This document shows, in pieces, positions 29,487 through 40,178 of a stretch of DNA of 64,000 nucleotides (the first letter of the stretch is position 1; each line of letters starts with the position of its first letter). The position numbers and the translations under genes are program-made. The notes under the pieces are model-generated. The model made no database searches. It worked only from the letters and a program-made list of their open reading frames with translations, and was not told where the DNA came from. This stretch comes from Hyphomicrobiales bacterium (GTDB taxonomy: Bacteria > Pseudomonadota > Alphaproteobacteria > Rhizobiales > UBA4765). The DNA is taken from assembly GCA_019748135.1 (NCBI GenBank), contig JAIEPZ010000045.1, positions 19,085-83,084 of the forward strand, read 5' to 3'.

Positions 29487-30344
29487 CTAAACGCTTTTCC
29501 GCTCAAGGTAGAAAAAAACATGGGAGCGGCTGCGCTCCCCTTCACTATATCCTCTGGCGCGCAGCAGCGCGAAAACATCGCGCGTCCACATGGCGCTGCT
29601 GTCTTTCATCATCAGCACGCGGGGCAGAAGGGCTGCGGCTGCCGTCTCGACGAAAGACCACAAAACGAGTTCCTCCGAACCGCTGACATCCACCTTCATC
29701 ACATCCGCGCCTTCAAACCCTTCCTCGATCAGAACCGCTTCGAGCTTGCGGCCACGCACCTTGACGCTTTCTCCCTGGCCGCGTCCGCCGATGCGCGACC
29801 CGCCGCGATCGCGCTGATCGATAAAAAGATCGACCTCCCCTTCCCGGTCCGCCAGCGCAATGCCAAGCGGGCGAATATCAAACCCCGGATGATTCTCTAC
29901 GTTGAAGGCAAGTCTCTCACGGATGTCCGGCTGCGGCTCGATCGCCAGCACCCGCGCCCGGCCACCGGCGAGCTGCGCTGCCATCAGTGAAAAGAGCCCG
30001 ACATTGGCGCCCAGGTCGATGAATGTGAACAGGCTTTTGCGGGCGACCGCCTCGCGTGCCAACCGCGCCAGCACCCTGCGCTCCAGCGGATGAAAAAGCT
30101 GCGGCGTGTAGAGCGCGGCCTTTTCACACGTATTACCGACAGGATAGAGCCGCAGCTTGAGATTGAAATGAGTGACGTCGACGCCCGCTTCGCCAAGCCT
30201 GGCCATCGCACGGCGCCGCAAGAGGATGGCGGTGCGCATGCCAAGCCAGTTTCCCGGCAGTCGTGACGTGATCGCCTGGATCAGGCGATGGGCACCGCGC
30301 GGGACGGACGAGCCAAACGGCCTTGTATCGACATAAAGATGCAT
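29487..30344 (-). CDS. FkbM family methyltransferase
   Basis: FIDLGANVGLFSL SAM-binding motif. The start was set at ATG 30344, which overlaps the upstream stop as TAATG (track ORF extends to 30413). Confidence 0.7.
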   Translation of the reverse strand: MHLYVDTRPFGSSVPRGAHRLIQAITSRLPGNWLGMRTAILLRRRAMARLGEAGVDVTHFNLKLRLYPVGNTCEKAALYTPQLFHPLERRVLARLAREAVARKSLFTFIDLGANVGLFSLMAAQLAGGRARVLAIEPQPDIRERLAFNVENHPGFDIRPLGIALADREGEVDLFIDQRDRGGSRIGGRGQGESVKVRGRKLEAVLIEEGFEGADVMKVDVSGSEELVLWSFVETAAAALLPRVLMMKDSSAMWTRDVFALLRARGYSEGERSRSHVFFYLERKSV

Positions 30345-31315
30345 TATCGCCCTGTACGCGGCGGTACCGGCGTTTCCGGCACCGGGGTCAGCGGCCCTTT
30401 GCCCTCTTTCCACGAAATGAGGTTATCGACCACCAGCATGCCCATCGCATCGCGCGTATAGGTGGTCGCAGAACCTACATGCGGGGCAAGGGCCACATTA
30501 TCAAGCGCCATCAGCTCGGCTGGAACCTTCGGCTCGAACTCGAAGACATCGAGGCCCGCTGAGCCAAGCTTGCCTGTCTTCAGGCAATCAATGAGGGCTG
30601 TTTCTTCGACAACCGGGCCGCGCGCCACATTGACGAGGCACCCTTGTGGCCCAAGCGCCTCGATCACGGCACGGCTGACCAGATGATGGGTGGCCGCACC
30701 GCCCGGTGTGATCACGATGAGCACGTCGCTGTCAGCCGCCATTTCCGTCAGATTTCCATAGTAACGGAACGGCAGGCCGGCTTTGGCTGAGCGCGCATGG
30801 TAGGAAATGCTGGCGATGTTGAAGCCCGAAAGGCGCTTGGCAATCGTCTGGCCGATACGCCCGAAGCCAAGAATGCCGACCCGTTTGCCGATCAGCGTGC
30901 CGGTGAGGGGAAAATTACCACCGGGCCATTTGCCGGCGCGCACAAAGGCGTCAGCCTGCGGCATGCGGCGAATGGCACCAAGCAGCAGGGCGATTGTCGT
31001 GTCGGCCACCTCGTCATTGAGCACATCAGGCGTATTGGTGACAACGATACCGCGCTTGGCGCAGGCAGCCGTATCGACGCTATCGTAACCGACGCCGAAA
31101 TTGCCGACGATCTCCAGCTTGGGCAGCTGATCCATCAGATCGGCCTTGCACGGCGCCCCGCCCGACGCGACGACAAAACGACATAGCGCACCAAGCCTCG
31201 AGACAAGCGCCGCCGGATCATCCGCCAGCCACATCTCATGGACGCTGAAGGCATGCCCGAGCGCCTCGCGCGCCTTCTGGGGCAGTGGTTTCAACAGCAG
31301 ACAATCGGGCTTCAT
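30344..31315 (-). CDS. D-isomer-specific 2-hydroxyacid dehydrogenase (glyoxylate/hydroxypyruvate reductase-like)
   Basis: GILGFGRIGQTIAKRL NAD motif with the catalytic R/E/H region (NVARG...LDVFEFEP...APHVGS). Trimmed to ATG 31315 (MKPDCLLL). Confidence 0.85.
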   Translation of the reverse strand: MKPDCLLLKPLPQKAREALGHAFSVHEMWLADDPAALVSRLGALCRFVVASGGAPCKADLMDQLPKLEIVGNFGVGYDSVDTAACAKRGIVVTNTPDVLNDEVADTTIALLLGAIRRMPQADAFVRAGKWPGGNFPLTGTLIGKRVGILGFGRIGQTIAKRLSGFNIASISYHARSAKAGLPFRYYGNLTEMAADSDVLIVITPGGAATHHLVSRAVIEALGPQGCLVNVARGPVVEETALIDCLKTGKLGSAGLDVFEFEPKVPAELMALDNVALAPHVGSATTYTRDAMGMLVVDNLISWKEGKGPLTPVPETPVPPRTGR

Positions 31316-31363
31316 CAGCACTCTCCTCGTTCCTGTGGTGAACTTAGCCGCTTTACGCTGCGA

Positions 31364-31384
31364 AACGAAATGCTTGATTTCGTT
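31364..31384. promoter_or_regulatory. candidate operator: perfect 8-bp inverted repeat
   Basis: AACGAAAT-GCTTG-ATTTCGTT lies in the 177-nt divergent region between the 2-hydroxyacid dehydrogenase gene and the ABC operon. Confidence 0.4.
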
Positions 31385-31492
31385 GACAGGCATGAGATGC
31401 TGCTGCCTGAGTATGCATTCGCCCGCAAGAGGCGATGGTCGTTTTGGGGCTGATCCACAACGAACCAGCAGATATGCTCGGGGGAGGACAGT

Positions 31493-32554
<1,062 letters not shown>

Positions 32555-32623
32555 AACACGTTTATTGAACCTCATTTATCAAAGAGCAGCCGGACAAACC
32601 GGTATTATTCAACGGAGGAAACG

Positions 32624-33931
32624 ATGACGTTTAACGGATTAACCCGCCGCTCGGTTCTCGCAGGTGGCGCTGCAATGGCTGCTGGCGGCAGCGATCTTCT
32701 CGGCTTTGCCAAAGCCTGGGCCCAGGCTTCACCCTTCAAGCCGGAAGCTGGCGCCAAGCTCAGCCTGCTGCGCTGGAAACGTTTCGTGGCGGCAGAAGAC
32801 GACGCCTTCGTCGCTACGCTCGATGCCTTTACCAAGGCAACCGGCGTGACGGTGACGGTATCAAATGAATCCTATGAGGATGTCCAACCCAAGGCCTCGG
32901 TCGCCGCCAATACCGGACAGGGACCTGACATCATCTGGGGCCTGCATTCTCTCGCCCATCTTTTCCCTGAAAAGCTCGTCGACATTTCCGACCTTTGCGA
33001 CTACCTCGGCAAGAAGTATGGCGGCTGGGTCCCTCTTGCTGAAGCCTATGGCAAGAGCAACGGCAAATGGATCTGCATTCCCATCGGCACCAGCGGTGCC
33101 ATGATCAATTACCGCAAATCTTCCGTTGAAAAAGCCGGTTTCAAGGAATTTCCACCCGACACCGCTGGTTTCCTTGAACTCTGCAAGGCCCTGAAAGCCA
33201 ATGGCACACCGGCGGGCTTTGCGTTCGGGCACGCCTCGGGCGATGCCAACAGCTTCGTCCATTGGTTGCTGTGGTCACATGGCGGCTACCTTGTCGACAA
33301 GAACGACAAGGTCATCATCAATTCGCCGGAAACCGTGAAGGCGCTTGAATATGCCAAGGCCCTTTACGACAGTTTCATCCCCGGCACCGTGTCGTGGAAT
33401 GACGCGTCAAACAACAAGGCTTTCCTTGCCGGCGAGCTGCATCTGACCGCCAACGGCATCTCCATTTACGTTGCCGCCAAGAACGACAAGAAGGATTTCG
33501 CCGACGACATCCATCATGGCTACTATCCGGTAGGCCCGGTCGGCAAGCCGCAGGAACTGCATCTGGTCTATCCGGCGATGGTGTTCAAATATTCGAAAGC
33601 ACCAAATGCCGCCAAGGCGCTGCTGGCATTCATGCTGGAAGCCGATCAGTACAGCAAATGGCTGAACGGAGCGCAGGGATATCTCACCCACCTGCTGAAC
33701 TTCTACGACAACGACAAGGTGTGGACGGATGACCCGAAGCGGGCCGTCTTCAGCCAGGCCTCCAAACGCTCGCTGCCGGCAAGCGGCCTGGGCCATGTCG
33801 GCGAGGCGGCCGCATCCTCGCTTGCCGACTTCATCGTCGTTGACATGTTTGCCAATTACGTGTCGGGGCGCGAGGACATCAAGGGCGCCATCGCCTCAAC
33901 CGAACGTCTGGCAAAACGCATCTATCGCTGA
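32624..33931 (+). CDS. ABC transporter substrate-binding protein (family 1, sugar type)
   Basis: 435 aa with a twin-arginine-like signal (LTRRSVLAGGAAMAAGG). Position and size fit an extracellular solute-binding protein. Confidence 0.85.
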   Translation: MTFNGLTRRSVLAGGAAMAAGGSDLLGFAKAWAQASPFKPEAGAKLSLLRWKRFVAAEDDAFVATLDAFTKATGVTVTVSNESYEDVQPKASVAANTGQGPDIIWGLHSLAHLFPEKLVDISDLCDYLGKKYGGWVPLAEAYGKSNGKWICIPIGTSGAMINYRKSSVEKAGFKEFPPDTAGFLELCKALKANGTPAGFAFGHASGDANSFVHWLLWSHGGYLVDKNDKVIINSPETVKALEYAKALYDSFIPGTVSWNDASNNKAFLAGELHLTANGISIYVAAKNDKKDFADDIHHGYYPVGPVGKPQELHLVYPAMVFKYSKAPNAAKALLAFMLEADQYSKWLNGAQGYLTHLLNFYDNDKVWTDDPKRAVFSQASKRSLPASGLGHVGEAAASSLADFIVVDMFANYVSGREDIKGAIASTERLAKRIYR

Positions 33932-34013
33932 ACGATCACGCTCGCCGGGCAGCTCCACAGGCTGTCCGGCAGCGATACTGTCCGCAGCCGTGCCTCCGTC
34001 CTGGGGCACCACG

Positions 34014-34988
34014 ATGACGGGAATCACGATGAGCGAGCAGGCATTACCGATGGCCCGGCAACGATTGGCTATCGCCGAACCGACAGCCTGGGAACGGCTG
34101 GTCACCAACCGCAACTGGCTCGGCTTCTGGTTCATGATGCCGGCCGCTGCCATCCTCATTCTGTTTCTGGCCTACCCGCTCTTCCTCGGTGTCTGGTTGA
34201 GCTTCACCGATACGCGCATCGGTCGCGACGGCGTGTTTATCGGTCTTGAGAATTATGAATGGCTGTCGGAAGATTCGATTTTCCTGCAATCGATCTTCAA
34301 CACCGTGCTTTATACGGCGGTCGCCAGCATCGTGAAATTTGCCCTCGGTCTTTATCTGGCGCTGCTGCTCAACGAGCGCGTGCCCTTCAAGGCCATCGTT
34401 CGTTCCATCGTCCTCATTCCCTTTATCGTGCCCACCGTTCTGTCGGCTCTCGCCTTCTGGTGGATCTACGACACCCAGTTCTCGATCATCTCATGGTCGC
34501 TGAAGCAGCTGGGCCTTTTGGATACGAACATCGATTTCCTCGGCAACCCCTTCAACGCCCGCGTCTCCGTCATCATCGCCAATATCTGGCGCGGTGTGCC
34601 CTTCGTGGCGATCACCCTTCTCGCCGGCCTGCAGACCGTCTCACCCTCGCTTTACGAAGCAGCAACCCTTGACGGCGCGACGCGCTGGCAGATTTTCCGC
34701 TATATCACCTATCCTCTCCTCACCCCGATCATCGCCGTGGTGATGACCTTCTCCGTCCTCTTCACCTTCACCGACTTCCAGCTCATCTGGGTCCTCACCC
34801 GTGGCGGCCCGGTGAACGCCACCCATCTCATGGCGACCCTCAGCTATCAGCGCGCCATTCTCGGCGGCAGGCTCGGCGAGGGCGCGGCGATCGCCACGGC
34901 GATGATCCCCTTCCTTATCCTCGCAATCATGGTGTCGTTCTACGGATTGCAGAAGCGCAAATGGCAGCAAGGCGAAAACAATGACTGA
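34014..34988 (+). CDS. carbohydrate ABC transporter permease
   Basis: MalF-type permease with EAA loop (YEAATLDGATRWQIFRYITYP). The start is ATG 34014 or 34029, and the upstream part of the track ORF was discarded. Confidence 0.85.
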   Translation: MTGITMSEQALPMARQRLAIAEPTAWERLVTNRNWLGFWFMMPAAAILILFLAYPLFLGVWLSFTDTRIGRDGVFIGLENYEWLSEDSIFLQSIFNTVLYTAVASIVKFALGLYLALLLNERVPFKAIVRSIVLIPFIVPTVLSALAFWWIYDTQFSIISWSLKQLGLLDTNIDFLGNPFNARVSVIIANIWRGVPFVAITLLAGLQTVSPSLYEAATLDGATRWQIFRYITYPLLTPIIAVVMTFSVLFTFTDFQLIWVLTRGGPVNATHLMATLSYQRAILGGRLGEGAAIATAMIPFLILAIMVSFYGLQKRKWQQGENND

Positions 34989-35877
34989 CACCAGCCTCAA
35001 AGCCGTGAATAACGACGATCATTCAGTCGGCATGGATTATCTGGAAAAGCTGTCGAGCCGGCTGGTGACGCTTTATCTCCCGCTTGGCATCATCATGGTG
35101 TCGCTGCTCTTCCCGTTTTACTGGATGGCGCTGACGGCGATCAAACCTGACGACCAACTCCTCGATTTCGCGCGGGTCAATCCGTTCTGGACAACGGCAC
35201 CAACCTTCAAGCACATCTACAAACTGCTCTTTGAATCGCAATATCCGCTATGGCTGTGGAACACGATGTACGTCGCCGTGTGCGCCACCATGCTGTCGAT
35301 CATTGCCAGCGTCATGGCCGCCTACTCCATCGTCCGCCTGCGCTACAAGGGCGCGCAACTTGTCGGCATGCTGATCTTCCTTGCCTATCTTGTGCCGCCA
35401 TCGATCCTCTTCATTCCTCTGGCCTCTGTCATCTACTCCTACGGCCTGTTTGATTCGCCCCTTGCCCTCATTCTCGTCTACCCCACCATCCTCATTCCCT
35501 TCTCGACCTGGCTGCTGATGGGTTATTTCAAATCCATCCCCTACGAGCTTGAGGAATGCGCCCTCATCGACGGCGCCACCCGCTGGCAGATCCTTACCCG
35601 CATCGTCCTGCCGCTCGCCATTCCCGGCCTCATCTCGGCCTTCATCTTCTCCTTCACCTTGTGCTGGAACGAGTTCATCTACGCGCTCACCTTCCTGTCC
35701 TCGAACGAGAACAAGACGATCCCGGTCGCCATCGTCAACGAGTTCGTCGATGGCGACATCTATCGCTGGGGGTCATTGATGGCGGGCGCCCTCATGGGTT
35801 CGTTGCCGCTAGTCATTCTCTATGCCTTCTTCGTCGAGCACTACGTATCGGCGATGACAGGCGCGGTGAAGGAATAG
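34981..35877 (+). CDS. carbohydrate ABC transporter permease
   Basis: MalG-type permease with EAA loop (EECALIDGATRWQILTRIVLP). 8-nt overlap with the preceding gene. Confidence 0.88.
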   Translation: MTDTSLKAVNNDDHSVGMDYLEKLSSRLVTLYLPLGIIMVSLLFPFYWMALTAIKPDDQLLDFARVNPFWTTAPTFKHIYKLLFESQYPLWLWNTMYVAVCATMLSIIASVMAAYSIVRLRYKGAQLVGMLIFLAYLVPPSILFIPLASVIYSYGLFDSPLALILVYPTILIPFSTWLLMGYFKSIPYELEECALIDGATRWQILTRIVLPLAIPGLISAFIFSFTLCWNEFIYALTFLSSNENKTIPVAIVNEFVDGDIYRWGSLMAGALMGSLPLVILYAFFVEHYVSAMTGAVKE

Positions 35878-35883
35878 CGCTCC

Positions 35884-36786
35884 ATGTCGGTCGCCTTCAT
35901 CGGTCTTGGCGCCATGGGTCTGCCCATGGCAAAGCGCCTGTTGGATGCAGGCTTTGACGTTCACGGCTGCGATATTGCTCCAGGACCATTGGAGGCACTG
36001 AGAAGAGCCGGCGGACAGGCAAGCACCAACCCGACCGAGGCGGTGCGTGGCGCCAGCGCCGTCTTTGTTATGACGGCTACCGGCGCACAGGCCCAAACCG
36101 TCCTTTTCGGCGCCGAGAAGGCTGCTTCTGCCGCCACCAGGGGCGCCATCTTCATCCTGCAATGCACGCAAAGCGCGGCCATGGCGCGCGATCTTGGCGG
36201 GCGCCTTGAAGCCTTGGGCCACCACGTCCTTGATGCTCCCGTCTCAGGTGGCGCTGTCGGCGCCGAGGCTGGCGCGCTGACAGTGATGGCGTCGGGCAGC
36301 GAGGCAGCCTTTGCCGCCGCCGCTCCGTTTCTAAAACCTCTCGCCAGAACCGTTTATGATATCGGTCGCGAGCTTGGCCTTGGCTCGACCGTCAAGACGA
36401 TCAACCAATTGCTGGCTGGCGTGCACATCGCTGTGGGCGCCGAAGCCATGGCGCTTGGCGCCAAGGCCGGCATCGAGTCGAAACTCCTTCTCGACATTCT
36501 CATGTCGGGGGCGGCAGGCAGCTGGATGCTGGGCAATCGTGGTCCGCGCATGCTGGAATACGAACCGGCCGTCACCTCGGCGGTCGATATTTTCGTCAAG
36601 GATCTCGGCCTTGTCGATGATCTTGCCCGTGGCCTGCGCCAACCAGCCCCCATCGCCATGACAGCCCTGCAGCAATTCATCGCCGCCTCCGCCATGGGTG
36701 ACGGGCGCCAGGACGACAGTCAGGTGGTTCGCCTCTATGAAGTGACCGGCGCTACACAGGTGCGCGGCAAGGGAAAAACACCATGA
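35884..36786 (+). CDS. beta-hydroxyacid dehydrogenase family, L-threonate dehydrogenase (LtnD/YgbJ)-like
   Basis: Contains GLGAMG Rossmann motif, DAPVSGG, GLGSTVKTINQLLAGVHIAVGAEAMAL and SAVDIFVKDLGLV. These stretches closely resemble my memory of E. coli YgbJ. Confidence 0.75.
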   Translation: MSVAFIGLGAMGLPMAKRLLDAGFDVHGCDIAPGPLEALRRAGGQASTNPTEAVRGASAVFVMTATGAQAQTVLFGAEKAASAATRGAIFILQCTQSAAMARDLGGRLEALGHHVLDAPVSGGAVGAEAGALTVMASGSEAAFAAAAPFLKPLARTVYDIGRELGLGSTVKTINQLLAGVHIAVGAEAMALGAKAGIESKLLLDILMSGAAGSWMLGNRGPRMLEYEPAVTSAVDIFVKDLGLVDDLARGLRQPAPIAMTALQQFIAASAMGDGRQDDSQVVRLYEVTGATQVRGKGKTP

Positions 36787-37685
36787 GCAAGGAACGTATC
36801 GGCTTTATCGGCGCCGGCCTCATGGGCCATGGCATGGCAAAGAACCTCGTCGAGAAGGGGTTTCCGCTCACCGTGCTGGCGCACCGCAACCGCGCGCCCA
36901 TCGATGATCTCGTCAGGCGTGGCGCCGGCGAAGCCGCAACCCCACGCGAGATTGCCGGCAAAAGCGATGTTGTTTTCCTGTGCGTGACGTCGAGCACCCA
37001 GGTCGAGGAGATCATTCTGGGACCTGACGGGCTGATGGCGGGAGGCCGTGAGGGACTGATCATCTGCGATTGCTCAACCGCTGATCCGTTCTCGACCCTG
37101 CGCCTTGGCGACAGGCTGCAGGAACAGGGGATCGCGCTTGCCGATGCGCCGCTCGGCGGCACGCCTGCGGGAGCAGAAGCCGGCCAGTTATCAGCGATGG
37201 TGGGCGCCGATCCTGCAGTCTTTGCCAGGCTGAAGCCGGCGATCGAGGCCTGGGCGACCAAAATCGTTCTTATCGGCCCGCTCGGCTCCGGCCACAAGAT
37301 GAAACTGCTGAACAATTTCCTGTCCCTTGGCTATGGCGCTCTCTATGCCGAGGCGCTGACGCTGGGCGAAAAGGTGGGGCTTTCGCCAAAGGATTTCGAT
37401 CGCGTCATTCGCGGCAGCCGCATGGATTGCGGCTTCTACCAGACCTTCATGGGCTGGGTAATCGACGGGAACCCGAACGCCCATCAGTTCACGCTGGCGA
37501 ACGCCTACAAGGATATGCGCTATGTGGCGGCGATGGGCGATGCCTCAGGCATGGCAAACCCGCTCGCCAATGCAGTGAAGTCAAGCTATGCGCTCGCCGT
37601 CAGCAGCGGCGACGGAGAGCGTTATGTGCCAATGCTGACGGATGTCATCAGTCAATTAGCCGGCGTAGAAAAATATGACAAGTGA
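36783..37685 (+). CDS. NAD(P)-dependent beta-hydroxyacid dehydrogenase family oxidoreductase
   Basis: GFIGAGLMGHGMAKNL Rossmann motif, DAPLGG and GSGHKMKLLNN. 4-nt overlap with the preceding paralogue. Confidence 0.8.
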   Translation: MSKERIGFIGAGLMGHGMAKNLVEKGFPLTVLAHRNRAPIDDLVRRGAGEAATPREIAGKSDVVFLCVTSSTQVEEIILGPDGLMAGGREGLIICDCSTADPFSTLRLGDRLQEQGIALADAPLGGTPAGAEAGQLSAMVGADPAVFARLKPAIEAWATKIVLIGPLGSGHKMKLLNNFLSLGYGALYAEALTLGEKVGLSPKDFDRVIRGSRMDCGFYQTFMGWVIDGNPNAHQFTLANAYKDMRYVAAMGDASGMANPLANAVKSSYALAVSSGDGERYVPMLTDVISQLAGVEKYDK

Positions 37686-38303
37686 TCAAGCTGAAACTGC
37701 CTTCTCACGCCAGGCGGCAAGCGTCTCGGCGATGATAATCCGCGCGCCTCTTTCCAGCATGTCCTCGCTGAAAGACGCTTGCGGCAAAGGCACGTGGACG
37801 AACCCTGCCCAGCGCGGATGAAAGCCGGCAATGAGCTTGCCGCAGCTGTGAAAAAACAGAGCATTGCACAGATAATCGCCGCAATCATCCGACATCGCCG
37901 CCGGAATGCCGGCAGCCGCCAGCGCAGCCGCGCACCGCTCAAGCGGCAAACTCGTCTCGATATCGCCCAGTCCTGGTGCCAACTCCGCGCTGGCCGGTCG
38001 TTCGCCTTTGGCATCGACGCGATCACGCGCCACATGATTTCGCGCCAGCCGCTCCAGGCGAAAGCCGGGCGCCGAGCGTGACAATCCGAAATGGATGGCG
38101 ATATCAGGCGCCGCGATGTTTCCAATCAACGCGATGCGCTCGTGCAGCCCGTCATATTCCGTCGGCAGGACAAATGACTGGAAACGGACATCCTCGCCGC
38201 AGACCGGCGCGTCGACGGCAAAAAGGCGCATCAACCCTTCAGTCGGATTCAGTGGCGCGCCCGGATAGGGACCAAAGCCGGTGGCGATGATGCTCACCGT
38301 CAT
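37686..38303 (-). CDS. peptidase C15 (pyroglutamyl peptidase)-like protein
   Basis: The N-terminus IIATGFGPYPGAPLNPTE and the CGDYLCN region resemble the Pcp family. Its stop abuts the convergent stop, forming TGATCA. Confidence 0.6.
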   Translation of the reverse strand: MTVSIIATGFGPYPGAPLNPTEGLMRLFAVDAPVCGEDVRFQSFVLPTEYDGLHERIALIGNIAAPDIAIHFGLSRSAPGFRLERLARNHVARDRVDAKGERPASAELAPGLGDIETSLPLERCAAALAAAGIPAAMSDDCGDYLCNALFFHSCGKLIAGFHPRWAGFVHVPLPQASFSEDMLERGARIIIAETLAAWREKAVSA

Positions 38304-39199
38304 TCCCGCCCCCTTTGGCGCTCAAGCCAGAGAAGATAGAGGCCGGACGCCACCACGATTGACGCACCAACGAGGGTATAAAGCCCCGGTATATCACCGA
38401 AGACCAGCCAGCCCGACACCGTCATCCACACGATCTGGGTGTAGATGAAGGGCGACAGGTCCTGAGCGGCGACATGACGGTGCGCGGCAATCAGCAGCCA
38501 ATGCCCGATGAGCCCCCACATGCCGGTGGATGCCATCAGCAGCGCTGTCGTGAGATCAGCGGGCGGCACGTAGAAAAACGGCACGACGGGCGTCAGGATC
38601 ACAGCGCCCGCAAGCGCTGAATAAACCAGCGTCGTCGTTGTCGGATCATGGGCTGCAAGCACCCGCGTCATCAGATTGTAGATGGCGTAGCACAGAGCGC
38701 TGATGCAGGAGAGTGACACCGCCCAGTGGACCTCGCCAAAACCAGGTCTGGTGACGATCAGCACGCCGGCAAAACCAACGCCGATCGCCAGCCATTGCCT
38801 GCGACCGATCCATTGTCCGAAAAACAAGCCGGCAAGAAGCGCAACCAGAAACGGGGTGGCAAACAGGATCGAAATCGTCTCGGCAAGCTGCAGATATTTA
38901 AGGGCAACGAAATTGGCGAAGGTCGACAGGAAGAGAAGGATGGAGCGGGAAAACTGCAGCCAGGGTCGTTTGGTGACAAACAGCCCCTTCACCGTCCACG
39001 GATTGATAAAGATCAGCATCAGCCCGGCGTGCCCGACATAGCGCGCCCATACCACCTCGATGGCCGGAATATTCTGACGCACCAGATATTTTGCCGTCGT
39101 ATCGAGAAATGTGAAACACAGAATGGCCGCGCAGATGAAGCCGATCGCCCCCATGCGGTTGCGCCGCCGGAAGGCCTGGCTGGGGGTCGGCGCAGTCAT
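38300..39199 (-). CDS. DMT superfamily (EamA-like) transporter
   Basis: Polytopic with two EamA-like halves. The start was set at ATG 39199 to avoid overlap with the upstream SDR gene (track ORF extends to 39283). Confidence 0.75.
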   Translation of the reverse strand: MTAPTPSQAFRRRNRMGAIGFICAAILCFTFLDTTAKYLVRQNIPAIEVVWARYVGHAGLMLIFINPWTVKGLFVTKRPWLQFSRSILLFLSTFANFVALKYLQLAETISILFATPFLVALLAGLFFGQWIGRRQWLAIGVGFAGVLIVTRPGFGEVHWAVSLSCISALCYAIYNLMTRVLAAHDPTTTTLVYSALAGAVILTPVVPFFYVPPADLTTALLMASTGMWGLIGHWLLIAAHRHVAAQDLSPFIYTQIVWMTVSGWLVFGDIPGLYTLVGASIVVASGLYLLWLERQRGRE

Positions 39200-39225
39200 G
39201 GGGCTGACGGCCACCTCATCTCCTG

Positions 39226-39981
39226 TCAGTAGGTGGCGCGGCCGCCCGAAATATCGAATACCCCGCCGGTGGTGAACGAGCATTCAGCCGAACACATGAA
39301 GGCAACGAGCGAAGCGATCTCCGCCACCTCGACAAATCGCGCGCGCGGTATCTTGGCAAGCATGTAGTCGATATGCTCCTGCGTCATCTGATCGAAAATG
39401 GCGGTTTTAGCTGCCGCCGGTGTGACACAATTGACCGCGATGTTCTGGCCCGCCAATTCCTTGCCAAGCGATTTGGTGAGCGCGATCACCGCTGCCTTCG
39501 AAGCGGAATAGGCCGAGGCGTTGGGATTGCCTTCCTTGCCGGCGACCGAGGCGATGTTGACGATGCGCCCGTAATTCTGCGCCATCATCGTTGGCACCAC
39601 CGCCTTGTTGGCAAGCATGACGCCGCGCGTATTGACCGCAAACACCTCTTCCCACGCGCCGAGCGGATAATCCCACAATTTGACATTGGGGCCGGTGATG
39701 CCGGCATTAGCAACGAGAATGTCGATGGTGCCGAACGTTTCAAGCACGTGATCGCGGGCGGCCATCACCGAGGCTTCATCAACGACATCGCAGGCAAAGG
39801 CTGCCGCATGCGGCTTGCCGCCCAGCGTTTCAGCCAGAGCGCTTGCCAATTTGAGATCGCGATCAAGCACCGCCACCCTGGCGCCGCTTGCCACGAAGCG
39901 CTCGGCGATCGCCCGTCCGATGCCCTGCGCCCCGCCAGTGATCATCGCCACCTTGCCATTCAGATCGTATTGATTAGCCAT
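39226..39981 (-). CDS. SDR family oxidoreductase (3-oxoacyl-ACP reductase-like)
   Basis: TGGAQGIG cofactor motif and YSASK catalytic motif. Trimmed to ATG 39981 (MANQYDLNGKVAMITGG). Confidence 0.85.
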   Translation of the reverse strand: MANQYDLNGKVAMITGGAQGIGRAIAERFVASGARVAVLDRDLKLASALAETLGGKPHAAAFACDVVDEASVMAARDHVLETFGTIDILVANAGITGPNVKLWDYPLGAWEEVFAVNTRGVMLANKAVVPTMMAQNYGRIVNIASVAGKEGNPNASAYSASKAAVIALTKSLGKELAGQNIAVNCVTPAAAKTAIFDQMTQEHIDYMLAKIPRARFVEVAEIASLVAFMCSAECSFTTGGVFDISGGRATY

Positions 39982-40178
39982 CGCCGCTCGCGCCCCGGTG
40001 TTATCATGCACAGTTTTCATTCCGACGCAGAAGCATGTCGACCACCGGACAGGATGGCAAGCGCTCTGGCTCGACCAGCGGGAGGCGGGAGGAGGAGGCG
40101 GGCCGACATCGGTTGCCGCTCCACGCCATGCTGCTATACACATCAGCGTCCGACAGTTCAGGAAAAAGATTACAGACG

